A stretch of 64,000 bases of DNA, from the NCBI RefSeq assembly GCF_009914755.1, contig NC_060926.1; one strand, 5' to 3'. Every line of letters begins with the position of its first letter. Position 1 is the first letter of the stretch. Under the pieces are notes generated by a model, which ran no database searches, was not told the DNA's origin, and saw only the letters and a list, made by a program, of their open reading frames with translations. A program made the position numbers and the translations under genes. Below, one piece after another: positions 12,450-25,902 of this stretch. The DNA comes from the human T2T-CHM13v2.0 reference genome, Homo sapiens.

Positions 12450-15010
12450 TCACTTTTCTAAGCTACACAAACTGTCCTTCTCTCTAACCTTTGTCATTAT
12501 CCTTGTTGATTTCAATATCTACATGAGAAATTCATGCAATGCTTGAAATCATGACAAGTTTGACCTTATTTCCAATGAACTTTGCCCAGTTTTAGCAAAT
12601 AAGTATCACAGTTACACCCTAGACTTTAACATTCACACCAAACTGATGGTAATGTAAAACTAATAATAATAGAACTCCGCTCTCTGCATGCCACTTCTGA
12701 GAGTTATCCTCCCCATCAAGGCTTCTGGTTTATTGGCATACATAGTCATGATTATATATTAACTTCTTATATCTTTCATTTTACATACTTTATCTAGTCC
12801 ATCATTTCAATAATTTTCTAATCAATATCAAAAGGTTTTGTGCCCCTCTGTAAATTCCTTGCCCTCTTCTGTTATTCTGGATCCACTCAACTGTTAATTT
12901 ATTCATACTTTACTTGGGCCTCTATAATCCACTGGGTCTTGTAAGTTTTTGGCCATTTCAGACTTGATCTTCTATTTTACATAGGCCTTAACATTGCTAA
13001 GAAAATATTCAATGTTTTCTTAATTGGGTTTTTCATTACCCCCAACATTTATTTTAGAATTTCACAATTTTTCTCAAATCTCCTACTCCATAATCTCTCC
13101 AATTATAGTTGCCCCTCTTTAGGGGTGGGTTCCCCATTTATGGATTCAGCCAATCATGGATCAAAAATATTTGGAAAGAAAACAACAGTAAAACCATATA
13201 AATAATACAAGTTAAAGAAAATAAAAAACATTCAAACCTGTCTTTATCTTTTTATAGTTAGGTTCATTCTAGTTCAAGTTATCACCATTTCTCACTGACA
13301 TAGCACTTACATTGTATTAGGTATTGTAAGTAATCTAGAGATGTTATAAAGATAGGGGATAATGTGCATAGGTCATATGCAAATACCACGCCATTTTCTA
13401 GAAGAGACTTGAGCATCTGAGGATTTTGGTATTCATGAGGGTCCTGGAACCCATCACCCCTGAATTAGGAGGGATGGCTGTATAGAAGCAGCAAAATTCA
13501 CAGAAGAAATAGAATGTGTCAAACTAAAACTGGAAGACTTCCACTATTAAATAAAATAGCTAAACACATCTACATCCGTTTCCTCCTCCCTGGTCCTTAT
13601 TATTTTAGATTTGGTGGGCTCTTCTTGTCAAACACTAGGTAGCCTCTTCCTTTCAGAGACTAGTCCCTCTTCTTTGTCACATCTGTTCCTAACTTCTCAG
13701 TTACCATTTCATATTAATTAACACTTACTCTTTATAATCTGCAACTTCTGCTCCTGTGTTGACTCCTACAACCATCATACAGACAAAGCAAATGTTTTTC
13801 CTTCACTGCCATTTATTTATTCAACTAAAGTTCTACATGTGCCTTCAATTACCTTTTCAAAATATTTCCTGTATTTTCTGCTTTTCTTCACCTCTCACTC
13901 ATTTTTAAGCTGACTTCATTCTGGCCTTGATTACTGCAAAAACTCCTATTATTTCATACTTTTCCATTTTCTTCCTAGATATCAGGACATATATTCCCTC
14001 TTTGACTACATTGCTGGCTCTTTTATCACTACTCAGCACTCTTCAACACACAGAAACCTTCCTTTTTTCTCATATGATACTTTTCCAAAGTTATTCATCC
14101 ACGCTCATGTCTTTAAATGCCATATATACACCCTGAAAGTCTGATTTTAAATATTATTTATATGGCCATGATGCACATATCCATTTTCAAACTATTCCCT
14201 GTGCTGCTGTTGGTCCCTCTTCCCATTCAACAATCCCACTTTATAACTCAAAGAGAGCTAAGATATATCACGTCCAATACGTATTTCATAACATTCTCCA
14301 CTTCACCTGATTCCCATTCACATTCTCCTCCTCTCCATACTTAGATACATCGCCATTTTCTTATTTTGAACTTTGCCTTCTGAAAGCTTGAGTTGACACT
14401 TCCCATTTCCTCAATCCCTACAACCAATCCATTATCAAATACTCCTGATTTTATATTAAAAAATATCCAAACATATATTTATCTTTTTATTGTTGTATTT
14501 ATTATAAATCAATCACCATTTCTTATATATCATTAAGAACATTAAACCCTCTCTCCCTACACCTAAAACCCCTCAATTGTTTCAATTCATGATTAGTGTA
14601 AACATGTAATTTTTTAATTAATCTATTATCCCTTTTTAAAATTTATTTGGTATCTCTCCCTTCTGTTCTAACTGGCTTATTTTCACCATCTATTTAGTTT
14701 TCAATGCCTCCTCCTCCATCAGGATCTGCCTGCAGTTTTCCTACTCCCTTCCCGTGGACATGCTAGGGGAGTTTTCTCTGACATGGCCAGAGTTGGTTAG
14801 AAGCACTATCTTGCATAGAATAGCATCCACTTTTAAAATTTGCATCCCAATTGTTACTTGCAAATGTGTGTAATTGGCAAGTTAATACTTTCTCTGTATA
14901 TTAAACTATAAGTTTCATGAGAGAAGTGTCCCAGAATATTTTGACCATCACCATTACACTTATTGTTTGATGTTCCATAAACCTTTATGAAACAAATGAG
15001 GAACGGGCAG
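12450..15010 (+). mobile_element. L2 LINE, long degenerate ORF2/3' remnant (interrupted by MER2)
   Basis: Translation IILVDFNIY (ORF 12331-12546) resembles the APE endonuclease IILGDFNIH motif. Pyrimidine-rich L2-like sequence follows. Confidence 0.6.
13106..13481 (-). mobile_element. MER2-like TcMar-Tigger non-autonomous DNA transposon
   Basis: GTATTAGGTATTGTAAGTAATCTAGAGATG...GGGTCCTGGAACC...GAGGGATGGCTG-TA, flanked by TA. Confidence 0.8.
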
Positions 15011-15481
15011 TAAATGCCTCTGCCCAAAGTATCAAGAGAGATGGTAGTATTGAATTTGATGGTGTGTAAAATCAGGAGAAAAATGGTAAAAAAAAAAAAA
15101 AAAAAAAAGTAAGCATTTTTTTTTTCATAGCATGACATGTAAATTAGAAAAACAAGTGGCAAAAGTGTTGGGAAATACTGATCATGAAAGAAATCTATAT
15201 TGGAAAATGTATCATATTTAATTAGTGGGTATGTCAGTCAGTAAATTTAGGAACGATAAGAGAAAAACGTGCATAACTGGCTAAGACAATTGCAATAAGA
15301 ATGTGGTTGTACACTAAAGAACCTAAAAGTGAGATGAGCAAGAACCTATAGGAGGTTGGCGACATAAAAGAGAAAAGTCTGACGTTAGTTGCTGCTCTAC
15401 AAAGTCTAACTTACGTGGTTTTCTCCTTTTGTTTTTTGATATTACATTAAGAAACAAGAAAGGAAAACACAATTTATTGTA

Positions 15482-15818
15482 CAGTCATATGCCTTTTAGC
15501 AACATTTCAGTCAATGGTGGACCACATACACAAGGGTGGTCCCATGAGACTATAATACAACATTTTTACTGTATCTCTACTATGTTTAGATATATTTAGA
15601 TGCACAATACTTACCATTCAGTTATAATTCCCTATAGCATTCAGTGCAGTAACATCCTGTACAGGTTTGCATACCTAGCTATACCACATAACTAGGCCTA
15701 TGGTAGACTATACCATCTATGTTTGCGTAAGTATAATCTACTATGTTTGCACTATGACAAAATCACCTAATGATGCATTTCTCAGAATATAGCACCATCA
15801 TTAAGTGACACACAACTG
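15482..15818. mobile_element. Tigger3a/MER7-like DNA transposon
   Basis: Termini TA-CAGTCATATG...CACAACTG-TA with a typical internal sequence. Confidence 0.8.
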
Positions 15819-15989
15819 TAATTATTGCAGGGAACTCTCTCTTTTCAACTATGGGAAGTTCTTTGCAAGAGTTTGGGGGTGTATCTACATAATGCAAAAA
15901 GAATGACACCTAAACATATAATATTGGGTTAAACATTAAATTGAATAAAAATGAGCTTATGAGCTAGGAAATTTCTTAGGTGTACCCAA

Positions 15990-16068
15990 TGGCTAATGGC
16001 TACTATATTGGACAACATAGATTATAGACCATTTTTATATCTCAGAAAGATCTATTGGAAGCCCATTC
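15990..16068. mobile_element. MER3/MER33-like hAT-Charlie fragment
   Basis: GGCTAATGGCTACTATATTGGACAACATAG...AGAAAGATCTATTGGA. Confidence 0.55.
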
Positions 16069-16075
16069 TATAGAC

Positions 16076-16249
16076 CAGTGGTTCTCAAAATGTGGCTCAG
16101 AACCAAGAACGTCAACATTTCTTAGGAATGTCTCCAAAGGCAAATCCTCAGGTCCACCCCAGATCAAAACTTAGGGTTGAGGTGGCAGCAATCTGTTATA
16201 GAAAGTCCTCAAGATGACTTTGATCCATGCTAAAGTTTGAGGATCACTG
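16076..16249. mobile_element. MER5A hAT-Charlie MITE
   Basis: Terminal inverted repeats CAGTGGTTCTCAAA / TTTGAGGATCACTG. Confidence 0.85.
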
Positions 16250-16262
16250 TAATAGGTCTGTT

Positions 16263-16278
16263 TCTCTCTCTCTCTCTC

Positions 16279-16350
<72 letters not shown>
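16263..16350. repeat. Compound microsatellite (CT)n(CA)n
   Basis: Read directly from the sequence. Confidence 0.97.
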
Positions 16351-16607
16351 CTTCGTAGCTCTTAAATGACTTAAATGTCTGTGTCTCCATATTACCACAA
16401 CTGTTCTACAGAGAAGGCATTATCGCACCAAAGCAGAACCCGGAATTGGGAAATGGTCGAGTTCATCATGTTCATCTGATAGTTTTAGTAATAAATTACA
16501 CTTTATTACCCTGATTTATCTCCTTATCTGTCATTGCCACACAAAAAGTAGAAGCATTTTCAAATGGTTAGGTATACAAAAGAAACCCATCCCACTAGGT
16601 AAGACAC

Positions 16608-17088
16608 ATGTCTTAGGTCACGTTCCCTAGAAGCATAAGCAGAGAGAGGAGCTGCTGTGTAAGTTAGTAGGGAGGTGCTTCCTGGTAAAACTCAAAATAG
16701 AGTGAAGGAATCAAAACAGGACATGGGACAAAGCAGGCAAATTAGTGCATTCAGCTGAAGTCTAGGCTCATTCTCATCCCACAAGAATCTCAGAAACATT
16801 AAAGCCAATACAGTACTACCAACCTGAAGCAGGAGGCCTAGAATATTGTACACTTTTATGACTCCATTATTGGCTGGATAAGGACAGTACTAGGATGAAG
16901 AAATTACCTCCCAGGCATTTCAAGATGAAATGGCTTCTGATGGCTAAGGGAAATTCTCAGAAGAAGGATATAGCTGTGAGCTCTGAGCTGGTAGCAGCCA
17001 ACATTCACAGCTGTTAGGGTTTGTGTCTCCCTGGCTGGCAGACTAGCTCTGGACAGAGCACTCAAACTATCCACTGTCGAGTCCAACA
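16608..17088 (-). mobile_element. Old ERVL solo LTR (LTR16-like)
   Basis: TGTCTTAGGTCACGTTCCCTAGAAGCA matches the reverse-complemented LTR16-type 3' end. Has TG...CA termini. Confidence 0.6.
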
Positions 17089-18789
17089 TTGCAAAAGGGA
17101 CATATGAGAGAAAAGTCAGAGTTCAATTTTACTAATGGTGATTCTAATAGAAATGTCTCCATTCCAGATATTCTCTTCTCTGTGACTTGCTAGGTGGCAA
17201 TTAGATATAAGAGTATACTACATTATCAGACTTGAAATGGATTTAAGAAGAAAATAAAGTATCTCTTCTTTGTAAGCCTTTTGAAATAATTGATCAATTG
17301 ATCAAACTTTCTCATTTTGTATTCAATGGAACTGGGCTATAGAGAGGAACATGATAAATATGATGTTGGTGACTTAGTGAGTCACTAAATATGCAGTAGA
17401 TTCAAAATGTTGTCATTGTCCAGTGTTAATCTATCAAACTAACATTGAGCAACTAAAGGTTAAAAGAAAGTAGAGCCTCTTCCAGTTAAAATATGTGCTG
17501 TTTATAGTAATTTTCTTTAAGCACTCTTTTTTACTTGTCCTACTACTTGCGATTCTTGAAAAAATAATCTACTTTCGCTATGAGTACAGACTTTTGCTAG
17601 TTCTCAGTTCTCAGTAAAGCTGCAGCAGCTTCTATTTATGAAGCTGGCCCTAAGGGACCATGTGATAGAGTGCTGAGGGAAGTAATCTGTCACCTACTAC
17701 ACCCAGTCATCGTGGAATATTGACTCCCTCATTATCACTTTGTGCAAGTCATCCACTTGCCCAAATGGATGCATTTGTCATAGAGCCCTATGGGGAAAGC
17801 AACATTTTTTGCTGTTGAATTGTAAAATTTCTTAGGTCCTTAATTACACTTAAAACAATCTACAGATATTTATCTTCCTCCTCCTTTCCTGAAGGCTCAC
17901 CCTGCTGTGAGACAGTGCCTGCTCTGGGAAGAAAGCATTTCTGTGAGAAAAAATAAAAAGCATTTTTACACTCGCTAACCAAGACAGACTGATCATAGTC
18001 TACCTGTAAGAGCAGGTGAGCAAAAGAGCTTAGGAGCTTAATGACCTTCGTCATTCTCTCCTTTCCATTCACTCTGATCATGTTATTCTTACTTTTATCA
18101 AATTTTGAAGTACATATTTTATATACTAGTTTAATTATTTCTTGCAATAAATATAAACGCAAATTAATTGAGTTATTAAGACATCAATTTGTTTTTGTTA
18201 TCCAATAATTGGTGTTTTAGATAATGTTTATTTACAAAATACATTTCTATGATTATTCAAAGGGTGGTATTATTAGCTACTTTTCTGTTTCCCTGAAGAG
18301 ACTGGCTATTGGCTCCTTTGGTTTCTAAGTTCCTTGCATGGCCAGGTAATGGTGTATAAAAGACAGAAGGAATAGAAATATGACATTCGTGGTGAATTCT
18401 CTGCCTTTAAGGAATACCCTCTGTCTCTGAAACCTCACACCTTTCAATGCTGTTTGTGACACTTACGAAATATGGGAGGGTTGACTCCAATTACAGAGTA
18501 GACAAAGATATTGAGTAATATAATATTGGATAGGAAAGAGAGATTTAGGCCCACTGTAAATCCTTTGCAGCTAGTTGTGGAAGCTAACACACAGGCAAAC
18601 ATTCTTGCTTCCAAAGGTGTGATTTTGCTCCTTGCCAGATACTGATGATTTCTTTATTTTATCACCAATGTGAACTAATATGGGTTAGCATAATTTTAGT
18701 TATTCTTTATTTATTCAGTTGCAAAGGTACAGCAGACTTAACTTATATTCTGTCATTGTGGTGAGTTAACAAAAATAAATCAGTCCATG

Positions 18790-19342
18790 TGTTACTGGAA
18801 AGGGCTCCCGATCCAGACCCCACGAGAGGGTTCTTGGATCTCATACAAGAAAGAATTCAGAGCAAGTCCATAGATTAAAGAGAAAGCAAGTTTATTAAGA
18901 AAGTAAAGGAATAAAAGAACGGCTACTCCATATGCAGAGCAACCCCAACGGCTGCCGATTGCCCATTTTTATGGTTATTTCTTGATGATATGCTAAACGA
19001 GGGGTGGATTATTTATGCCTTTCCTTTTTAGACCATATAGGGTAACTTCCTGATGTTGTCATGGCATTTGCAAACTGTCATGGCGCTGGTGAGAGCGTAG
19101 CAGTGAGGATGACCAGAAGTCACTCTCATTGACATCTTAGTTTTGATGGATTTAAGCAGGCTTCTTTACTGCATGCTATTTTATCAGCAAGGTTCTTATG
19201 ACCTGTATCTTGTGCTGACCTCCTATCTCATCCCATGATTTAGAATGCCTAACCTACTGGGAATGCAGCCCAGCAAGTCTCAGCCTTATTTTACCCAGCC
19301 CCTATTTAAGATGAAGTTGCTCTGGTTCAAACGCCTCTGACA
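18790..19342 (-). mobile_element. MER41A-like ERV1 solo LTR
   Basis: Minus strand starts TGTCAGAGGCGTTTGAACCAGAGCAACT. TG...CA ends and a perfect 4-bp TSD CATG at 18786-18789 and 19343-19346. Confidence 0.92.
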
Positions 19343-19983
19343 CATGTGTTTGCTGAAACTTAAAAAAAAAAAAATGAAATGCTACGGGTATGTTACCAGG
19401 CTGACAAATTTCTGTGGCAGGATATATTTTAGGAGTGTGTGGATGACCCATAGATGTGTCTGTGATAGACAGGAAGAGGAAGGGAAAAGAAACAGAAGAA
19501 ATTACAGAATCCGATTTCATCTCCTCACCCTCTCCACTTCTCCACCTCCTCCACCAGCAGTCCCTCAGTGGAGGAGAGTCTGGAGAAACGTGTTCAATCT
19601 AAACTCTTCAGCATTTGTTTTATGTATTATAATGAACACACCAGGTAAGAACATTGTTCTTGACAATTACTATTTGAAGTCTATCTAAAGTAGTAACAGG
19701 ATACAGAAACAGATAGATGAAACAAGTAGAGGACTGTGTAAATGGTGGAAATAGCCTATACAATTAACTGGTAGAATAAGGCATTCTTCTTTTTCTACAT
19801 GTTCATACCAGTACTGCTCCTATGTTTACAGATAATGGTTGTGAAAAAATGCTTACTTAAAATTTTGATCTATTCTGGACTAGAATTTAAAAAGATAATA
19901 TTTCAGATATAACGCTGCATTTGAATAGTTAAACTTGTCAATCAATGGCAGAAGGCACAGACATTTGAGAAAAAATGTAATGG

Positions 19984-20758
19984 TATTATGGACTGAGTTT
20001 TGTGTCCCACCTCCACAAGATTAATATCTTGGAGTCCTCGCCTTCAATGTGAAGATATCTGGAGGTAGGGCCCTTGGGAGGTAATCAGGGTTAGATAAGG
20101 CCACAAGGGTTGTATTAGTCTGTTCTCATATTGCTATAAAGAGATATCTGAGACTGAGTAATTTATAAAGAAAAGAGGTTTAACTGGCTCACAATTCTGC
20201 AGGTTGTACAGCTGTCATCTGCTCAGCTTCTGGGGAAGCCTCAGGAAACTTACAACTATGGCAGAAGGTGAAGAGGGAGCAGGCAGGTCACATGGCCAGA
20301 GCAGGAGCAAGCTAAGGGGACCGAGGTGCCACACACTTTTAAACGACCAGATCTCAGGAGAACTTACTCACTATTATGAGAACAGCACCAAGAGGATGGT
20401 GCAAAACTGTTCATGAGAAATACATCCCCATGATCCAATCACCTCCCACCAGGCCCCATCTTCACTGGGAAATACAACTCAATATGATATTTGGGCAGGG
20501 ACAGATATCCGAACTATATCAACAGTCAATCCTTTATGATGGCATCATTGTCCTTACAAGAAGAAGAACCCAGCAAGAGCTCTCTGTCTCCAAGAACAGG
20601 CACTGAGGAAGGTGGCTGGGAAGCTGGCCCTCACTGGACACAGAATGTGCCTGAACTTTAATCTTGGACTTTGCATTGTTTAGAAGTGTGAAAAATAAAT
20701 GTTAGTGATTTCAGCCATACAGTCAATGGTATTTTTTATAGCAACCTGAAGTAAGACA
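19984..20758 (+). mobile_element. MLT1A-like MaLR LTR split by an MST LTR
   Basis: TATGGACTGAGTTTTGTGTCCC...GGGAGGTAATCAGGGTTAGATAAGG. Resumes after 20521 and runs through AATAAATG to TAAGACA. Confidence 0.8.
20111..20521 (-). mobile_element. MSTA/MSTB MaLR solo LTR nested in MLT1A
   Basis: TGTATTAGTCTGTTCTC...GGGACAGATATCCGAACTATATCA. Confidence 0.88.
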
Positions 20759-21783
20759 AATAGACTTTGGAAAGCAGAAATAATTAATATACAATTATTG
20801 GTTTGTTCGATTATCTCCCATCATCTTAGAGTTTAATGCCCTATTCAACCTTCATGTTTCATGTAGACTCATCTACAAGGATCTTTGTGTTAGTGATATT
20901 GTGGAGGGAAATAATATGGCATCATTAATATCACCTTTAAAGCGAATAGTACTTGAAATATTGATTGTAATTATATCCAAATAATTGACTACATTATAAA
21001 ATATAAATAATTAAGAGAAATGAGAATCCACACTCTGGATGGTGACTACCTTTTTTCTGAATTATTTCTTACTAAATTTTTTAAGTTGTAAGAAAAAGAT
21101 CGCCAAAATACAAACAATTGTGATTTCTAGGTGGAAGGATTTGAAGCACATTTTAACATTATTTATATTCTTCCATGTTAAACAAATCTAAAATGTGTAT
21201 ATATTTCAACTTATATTTTAATAATTTGAAATGAATAAATTACTTGATCAACCTTTTAGTCTTGTTACATAACACGTTGATTTCCTACTTTCAGATTAAC
21301 TTATTGTTTTCCCACATCTCAAAATAACATTGAGTTTGAATAGATATATGCAACTTGTTACTTTCTTGGGGGTAGAGAGTGAGAGACTGCCTTACCTCTG
21401 CTTGTATTCTCAGTGATAAAAATTAACTTATTGATGAATAAATAAATGAATAATTACAAAAGCTAATGTTTCATTTCCTTAATCCAAAGTCTGCATTTGT
21501 TTCTCATTGCTTACAATATATAAAGTTCATATGTCCCAAACAGTATAGGATTCATTTCTATATCGTAATTAAAACTAAATTTTATTCAGGTGATAGAGAT
21601 TAGTTTAACTTCCCACCAGAGCTACTGTGAGAGTCATGCTAGCCTGTCTCAATGGAGTAAGATTGAATTCCATGAAAATATAAATTTATTACACATACAA
21701 AATCCCATTCAATACAGAAACTGTAAATATAGTCCCTAAAAAGAAAACTCCCTCTTTCCAGGTGAAGAAAATTGTTACAGATA

Positions 21784-22553
21784 CAGAAGGTCCCCAACTT
21801 ACCATGGTTCAATTTAGGATTTTCTCTTTTTTTACTTCTGATATGGTTTGGCTCTGTGTCCCCATCCAAATCTCATCTCAAATTAGAATCCCCATGTGTT
21901 GAGGGAGAGACCTGCAACCCCCATGTGTGGAGGAAAGGAAGTGATTGGATGATGGGGGCAGTTTTCCCCATGCTGTTCTTGTGATAGTGAGTGAATTCTC
22001 ACAGTAGCTGATGGTTTGAAAAGTGGCACTGTTTTTCTGCACTCTAACCTCTCTCTCCTGCAACCTTGTGAAGAAGGTGCCTGCTTAACCTTCCATCATG
22101 ATTGTAAGTTTCCTGAGGCCCCCTCCCCGCTCAGCCATGTGGAACTGTGAGTTAAATAAACCTGCTTTCTTTATTAAATTACCCAGTCTCGGGTAGTATC
22201 TTTATAGCACTGTGAGAACAGACTAATACAACTTTACCATGGTACAAAAGCAATGCACATTCAGTATAAACCATACTTTGAATGTGGAATCTTGACCTTT
22301 TCCCAGGCTAACAATATGCGGAGGGAAGCTCTTAAGATGCTGGGTGCCAATAACTCCCAGTCAGCCAAGTGAACATGAGGGTGAACAACCAATACTCTGC
22401 AGTGCACTATGCTGCCAGTGCTTTAGGGATAGTGTGTTTTGTGTGTTTGCATTCAATTATATCTACAAAATTCCCATTTTTAACTTAGGGTATTATCAAC
22501 TTATGATGGGTTTATCAGAATGTGACCCTAGCAGAAGTCCAGTAACATTTGTG
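21784..22553. mobile_element. MER82-like Tigger element split by a THE1/MST LTR
   Basis: TA-CAGAAGGTCCCCAACTTAC...CAACTTATGATGGGTTTATCAG...TGTG-TA. Confidence 0.65.
21839..22230 (+). mobile_element. THE1D/MSTA-like MaLR solo LTR
   Basis: TGATATGGTTTGGCTCTGTGTCCCC...GACTAATACA, with 5-bp TSD ACTTC/ACTTT. Confidence 0.9.
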
Positions 22554-23761
22554 TATCATTACCAGTTAGTACAACTTACGTGGAGGAGGCATTTTTAGCT
22601 TAAGCATGTATCAGAAGATGCAGAGAATTAAAAACCTGGGAAACAATGCAGGGATTGATATGTGGTCCTGCTGTCTTCCACTGTCAGCAAAGCTGGCTCT
22701 GTTTTTCCTCCAAATGTTTTTGAGGCCCTGGGAAGCAAATTCTGTCAGGCAGCTTCCAGACCTCCTAATGGAAACTCAATATTCACATCCAGACTTGTCC
22801 AAGACAGATGTTTCTACCCATGGCATAAGAAGCTGCCCAAGTCTGACATTTGCCTATTTTCATAAATTGCACATAAAGGCATTTTAAAGTTCACTGCTGA
22901 CTTTGTAAGAATGGTAAACTTCTTCACTGCAAATCATTTTTTTTTCTTTGACTTCTTCAAATTTCCTTTTGTAAAAAAGGGATTCATCAGGACTAACGTG
23001 ATTATTATGAAAAAAATAGACATGTCCATTGAACGAGACTGGATAGGTCAGGAAAATTTGTCAAGACTACCCATAATACAAGTCATTTTTTTCTTGATGC
23101 TTTTCTCCTCCTCATAATTCCTTTTTTCTCCCAGCATATGATTCAGTATCCTCAGGTGTCTCCCTAACTAGATCACCTGAGTCTGTGTCATGTCCTCTAT
23201 TAGAAAAATGCTCCATTCCAAAAACTAGCCCTCCCTTCAAAAATATTCTGTAAAAAAATAAGGTTTAGCTATTTATTTAGAGAACAGTATTTTAAAAATC
23301 AACACTAAACTGCTTACCTTTGGACAATTAAATCGTAATGTTTTAGGAAATCTTCATTTTAAAAGGGGAAAACTTTGCATTATATACAAAAATCCCTTTT
23401 TGTATATAATGTATATAATATTGTATACAATGTTAAGCATTGCACATATCAGTATAAATTCTGGAGAGCTATTAGAAGAAAACAAAATATATTTTTAAAA
23501 ACTCATACAAATATTTATTCCAGTAGTGTTTATAATATTTAAATATAAAACACAATCACTCAGGAATAGCTAGATTATAGTACAATACTATGTACAATTA
23601 TGTAAAATTATGTAGAATTATGCAACAATTAACAATTATGTTTATTAATAGTTCATGAATTCATTAAAACATTTTTATTTCGTCTTCAGCATGCTAAAAT
23701 TTAGGCTTATTAAAGGTATAAATACAAACCTTAACATACATGATTATATGAAACATAGAAA

Positions 23762-24482
23762 TGATTTTTATTTGTATAAATGTATGGGGTACAAGAGTAA
23801 TTTTGTTACATGCATAGATTGCACAGTGGTGAGGTTAGGGATTTCAATATATCTATTACCGTAATAACATACATTGTATCAATTAAGTAATTTATCCTCA
23901 TTCACCCCCTCCCAACCTCCACCCTTCTTAGTCTCCATTGTCTGTTATTCCACACTCTACATCCATATGTACACATTTAGTTCCTACTTATAAGTAGGAA
24001 TATGTGGTATTTGTCTTTCCATGTCTGAGTTGTTTCACTTGAGATAATGGCCTCCAGTTCCATCTACATTGCTGCAAAAGACATGATATCATTTCTTTGT
24101 AAGGCTGAATAGAATTCCATAGTGTATATATACAATATTTTCTTTATCCAATAATCCCTTGATGGACACTTACGTTGATTAGATGTCTTTGCTATTGTGA
24201 ACAATGCTGTCATAAACATAAAAATGGAGGTATCTTTTCAATATAATGATTTCTTTTCCTTAAAGTAGATACCCAGTAGTGGAATTGCTGGATCAAATGG
24301 TACTTCTATTTTTAGCTCTTTGAGAAATTTTTATACTGTTTTCCATAGTTTGTACTAACTTACATTCCTAGTAACAGAGTATAAAACTTCCCTTTTTTCC
24401 ACATCCTTGTCAACATCTGTCATTTTTGTCTTTTAGTAATAGCCATTTTGATGGGTTTAAGATTATATTTCATTGTGATTTT
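23762..24482 (-). mobile_element. L1MA-type 3' end
   Basis: Reverse-strand L1 3'UTR and ORF2 C-terminus (CCCAGTAGTGGAATTGCTGGATCAAATGGTA). Confidence 0.88.
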
Positions 24483-25593
24483 AGGAGTAATAATTAATAC
24501 ATTCTGTGAGAGCATGGATTATATTTCATACTGATACTAATCTCAATTTCAGGTTTCCTATCAGGAAGATGTATATTTTTATTATATAATAGGATAGAAC
24601 TTTATTTTTCAAAAACTCCAGCATATGTTATACTAGAAACTAAATACAATGTAGAAAATAACACACACAGATATATTCCACAGGATTTTAAATTTCATAG
24701 AATTTTAGCAGATAATATTTTTATACATTTTATAAATGCATAAGTAAATTATTAGAACAAGAATATATTGAATGCTATTTTGTAACCAATTGTATTATGT
24801 CAATAAATTAATATAATTTTGTACATAGAACTAATAATTATACCCCTTCTATTGTTTTGAATACAAAATTCCTTAACATATCTCTATACTACATTTGATT
24901 TACCCCCACTTGGAGAGCCCAAGAATGTCCTTTGGAGTAATAGACTCAAGTTTGAACACCACTGAACTAATAGATTTTCAGTAAACATTTGTTGATGTAA
25001 AACAAGTGTTCTTCTAGGAATTAATTCACAAATACCAGTTGATGACCTAAATGGTATGCTAACTTTTAAAGTTCTTATTTTATGTTGTAGTCTTATCAGA
25101 AAAATATTAACTTTTGATCTCACCAGCTGTGCCTGAAAGTTCCCATTTATCTGTACAGGTGCCAACACTAAATAGTAGCATAAAAATACTACAAAAAGAA
25201 AAAGAATGATAAAGATAATAACACTTTTTTCAGTTTGACAAATAAAATTCTACTTCTTTATTATTTTAAATTATATTTATTTGACATAATTTGTAAATTT
25301 GTACATTTTTCAATTGCAAATTAACTCTATATTTTTTATTTGGTGAATTTTCTTCACATATATCTAATTAATTTAGTATTAGAGTTTATGTTTTTCATAT
25401 TAATTTTAAATATTTTTGGTGTGTGTAGATGGGATTATTAGCATGCAGTTGTTCGTTTGTTCCATTACATTTTTGTAAAGAATGTTTTACTGAAAGACAG
25501 TCATGCTCATTTGTTTATGTCTTTGTTCTACAGTCACAGAGTAATTATGACAGAACTTCATCACCTGCAAATGAAAATATTTATTATCTAGTC

Positions 25594-25902
25594 CAGGAGT
25601 CCCCAGTCCCCTGGCCATGGACTGGTATCTGTCCACGGCCTATTGGGAAACAGGCCACGCAGCAGGATGTGAGCTACCCCAGAGCCAGCATTACGGCCTG
25701 AGCTCCGCCTCCTGTCAGATCAGCAACACATTAGATTCTCATTGGAGCACAAACCCTATTGTGAACTGTGCATATGAGGCATCTAGGTTGTGTAATCATT
25801 ATGAGTTAGAACAGTTTCATCCTGAACCACCTCCACCCCCAAACCTCCCATGAAAAAAATTGTCTTCTACGAAACTGGTCCCAAAACGGTTGGGGACTGC
25901 TG
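25594..25902. mobile_element. MER1B hAT-Charlie element inserted into a MER58-like fragment (~25465-25935)
   Basis: TIRs CAGGAGTCCCCA / TGGGGACTGCTG. 8-bp TSD ATCTAGTC/ATCTCGCC. Confidence 0.82.

Noticed and set aside
19344-19688. 114-aa ORF next to the MER41 LTR
   Set aside because: It includes poly-A-derived lysines and low-complexity sequence, with no recognisable homology.
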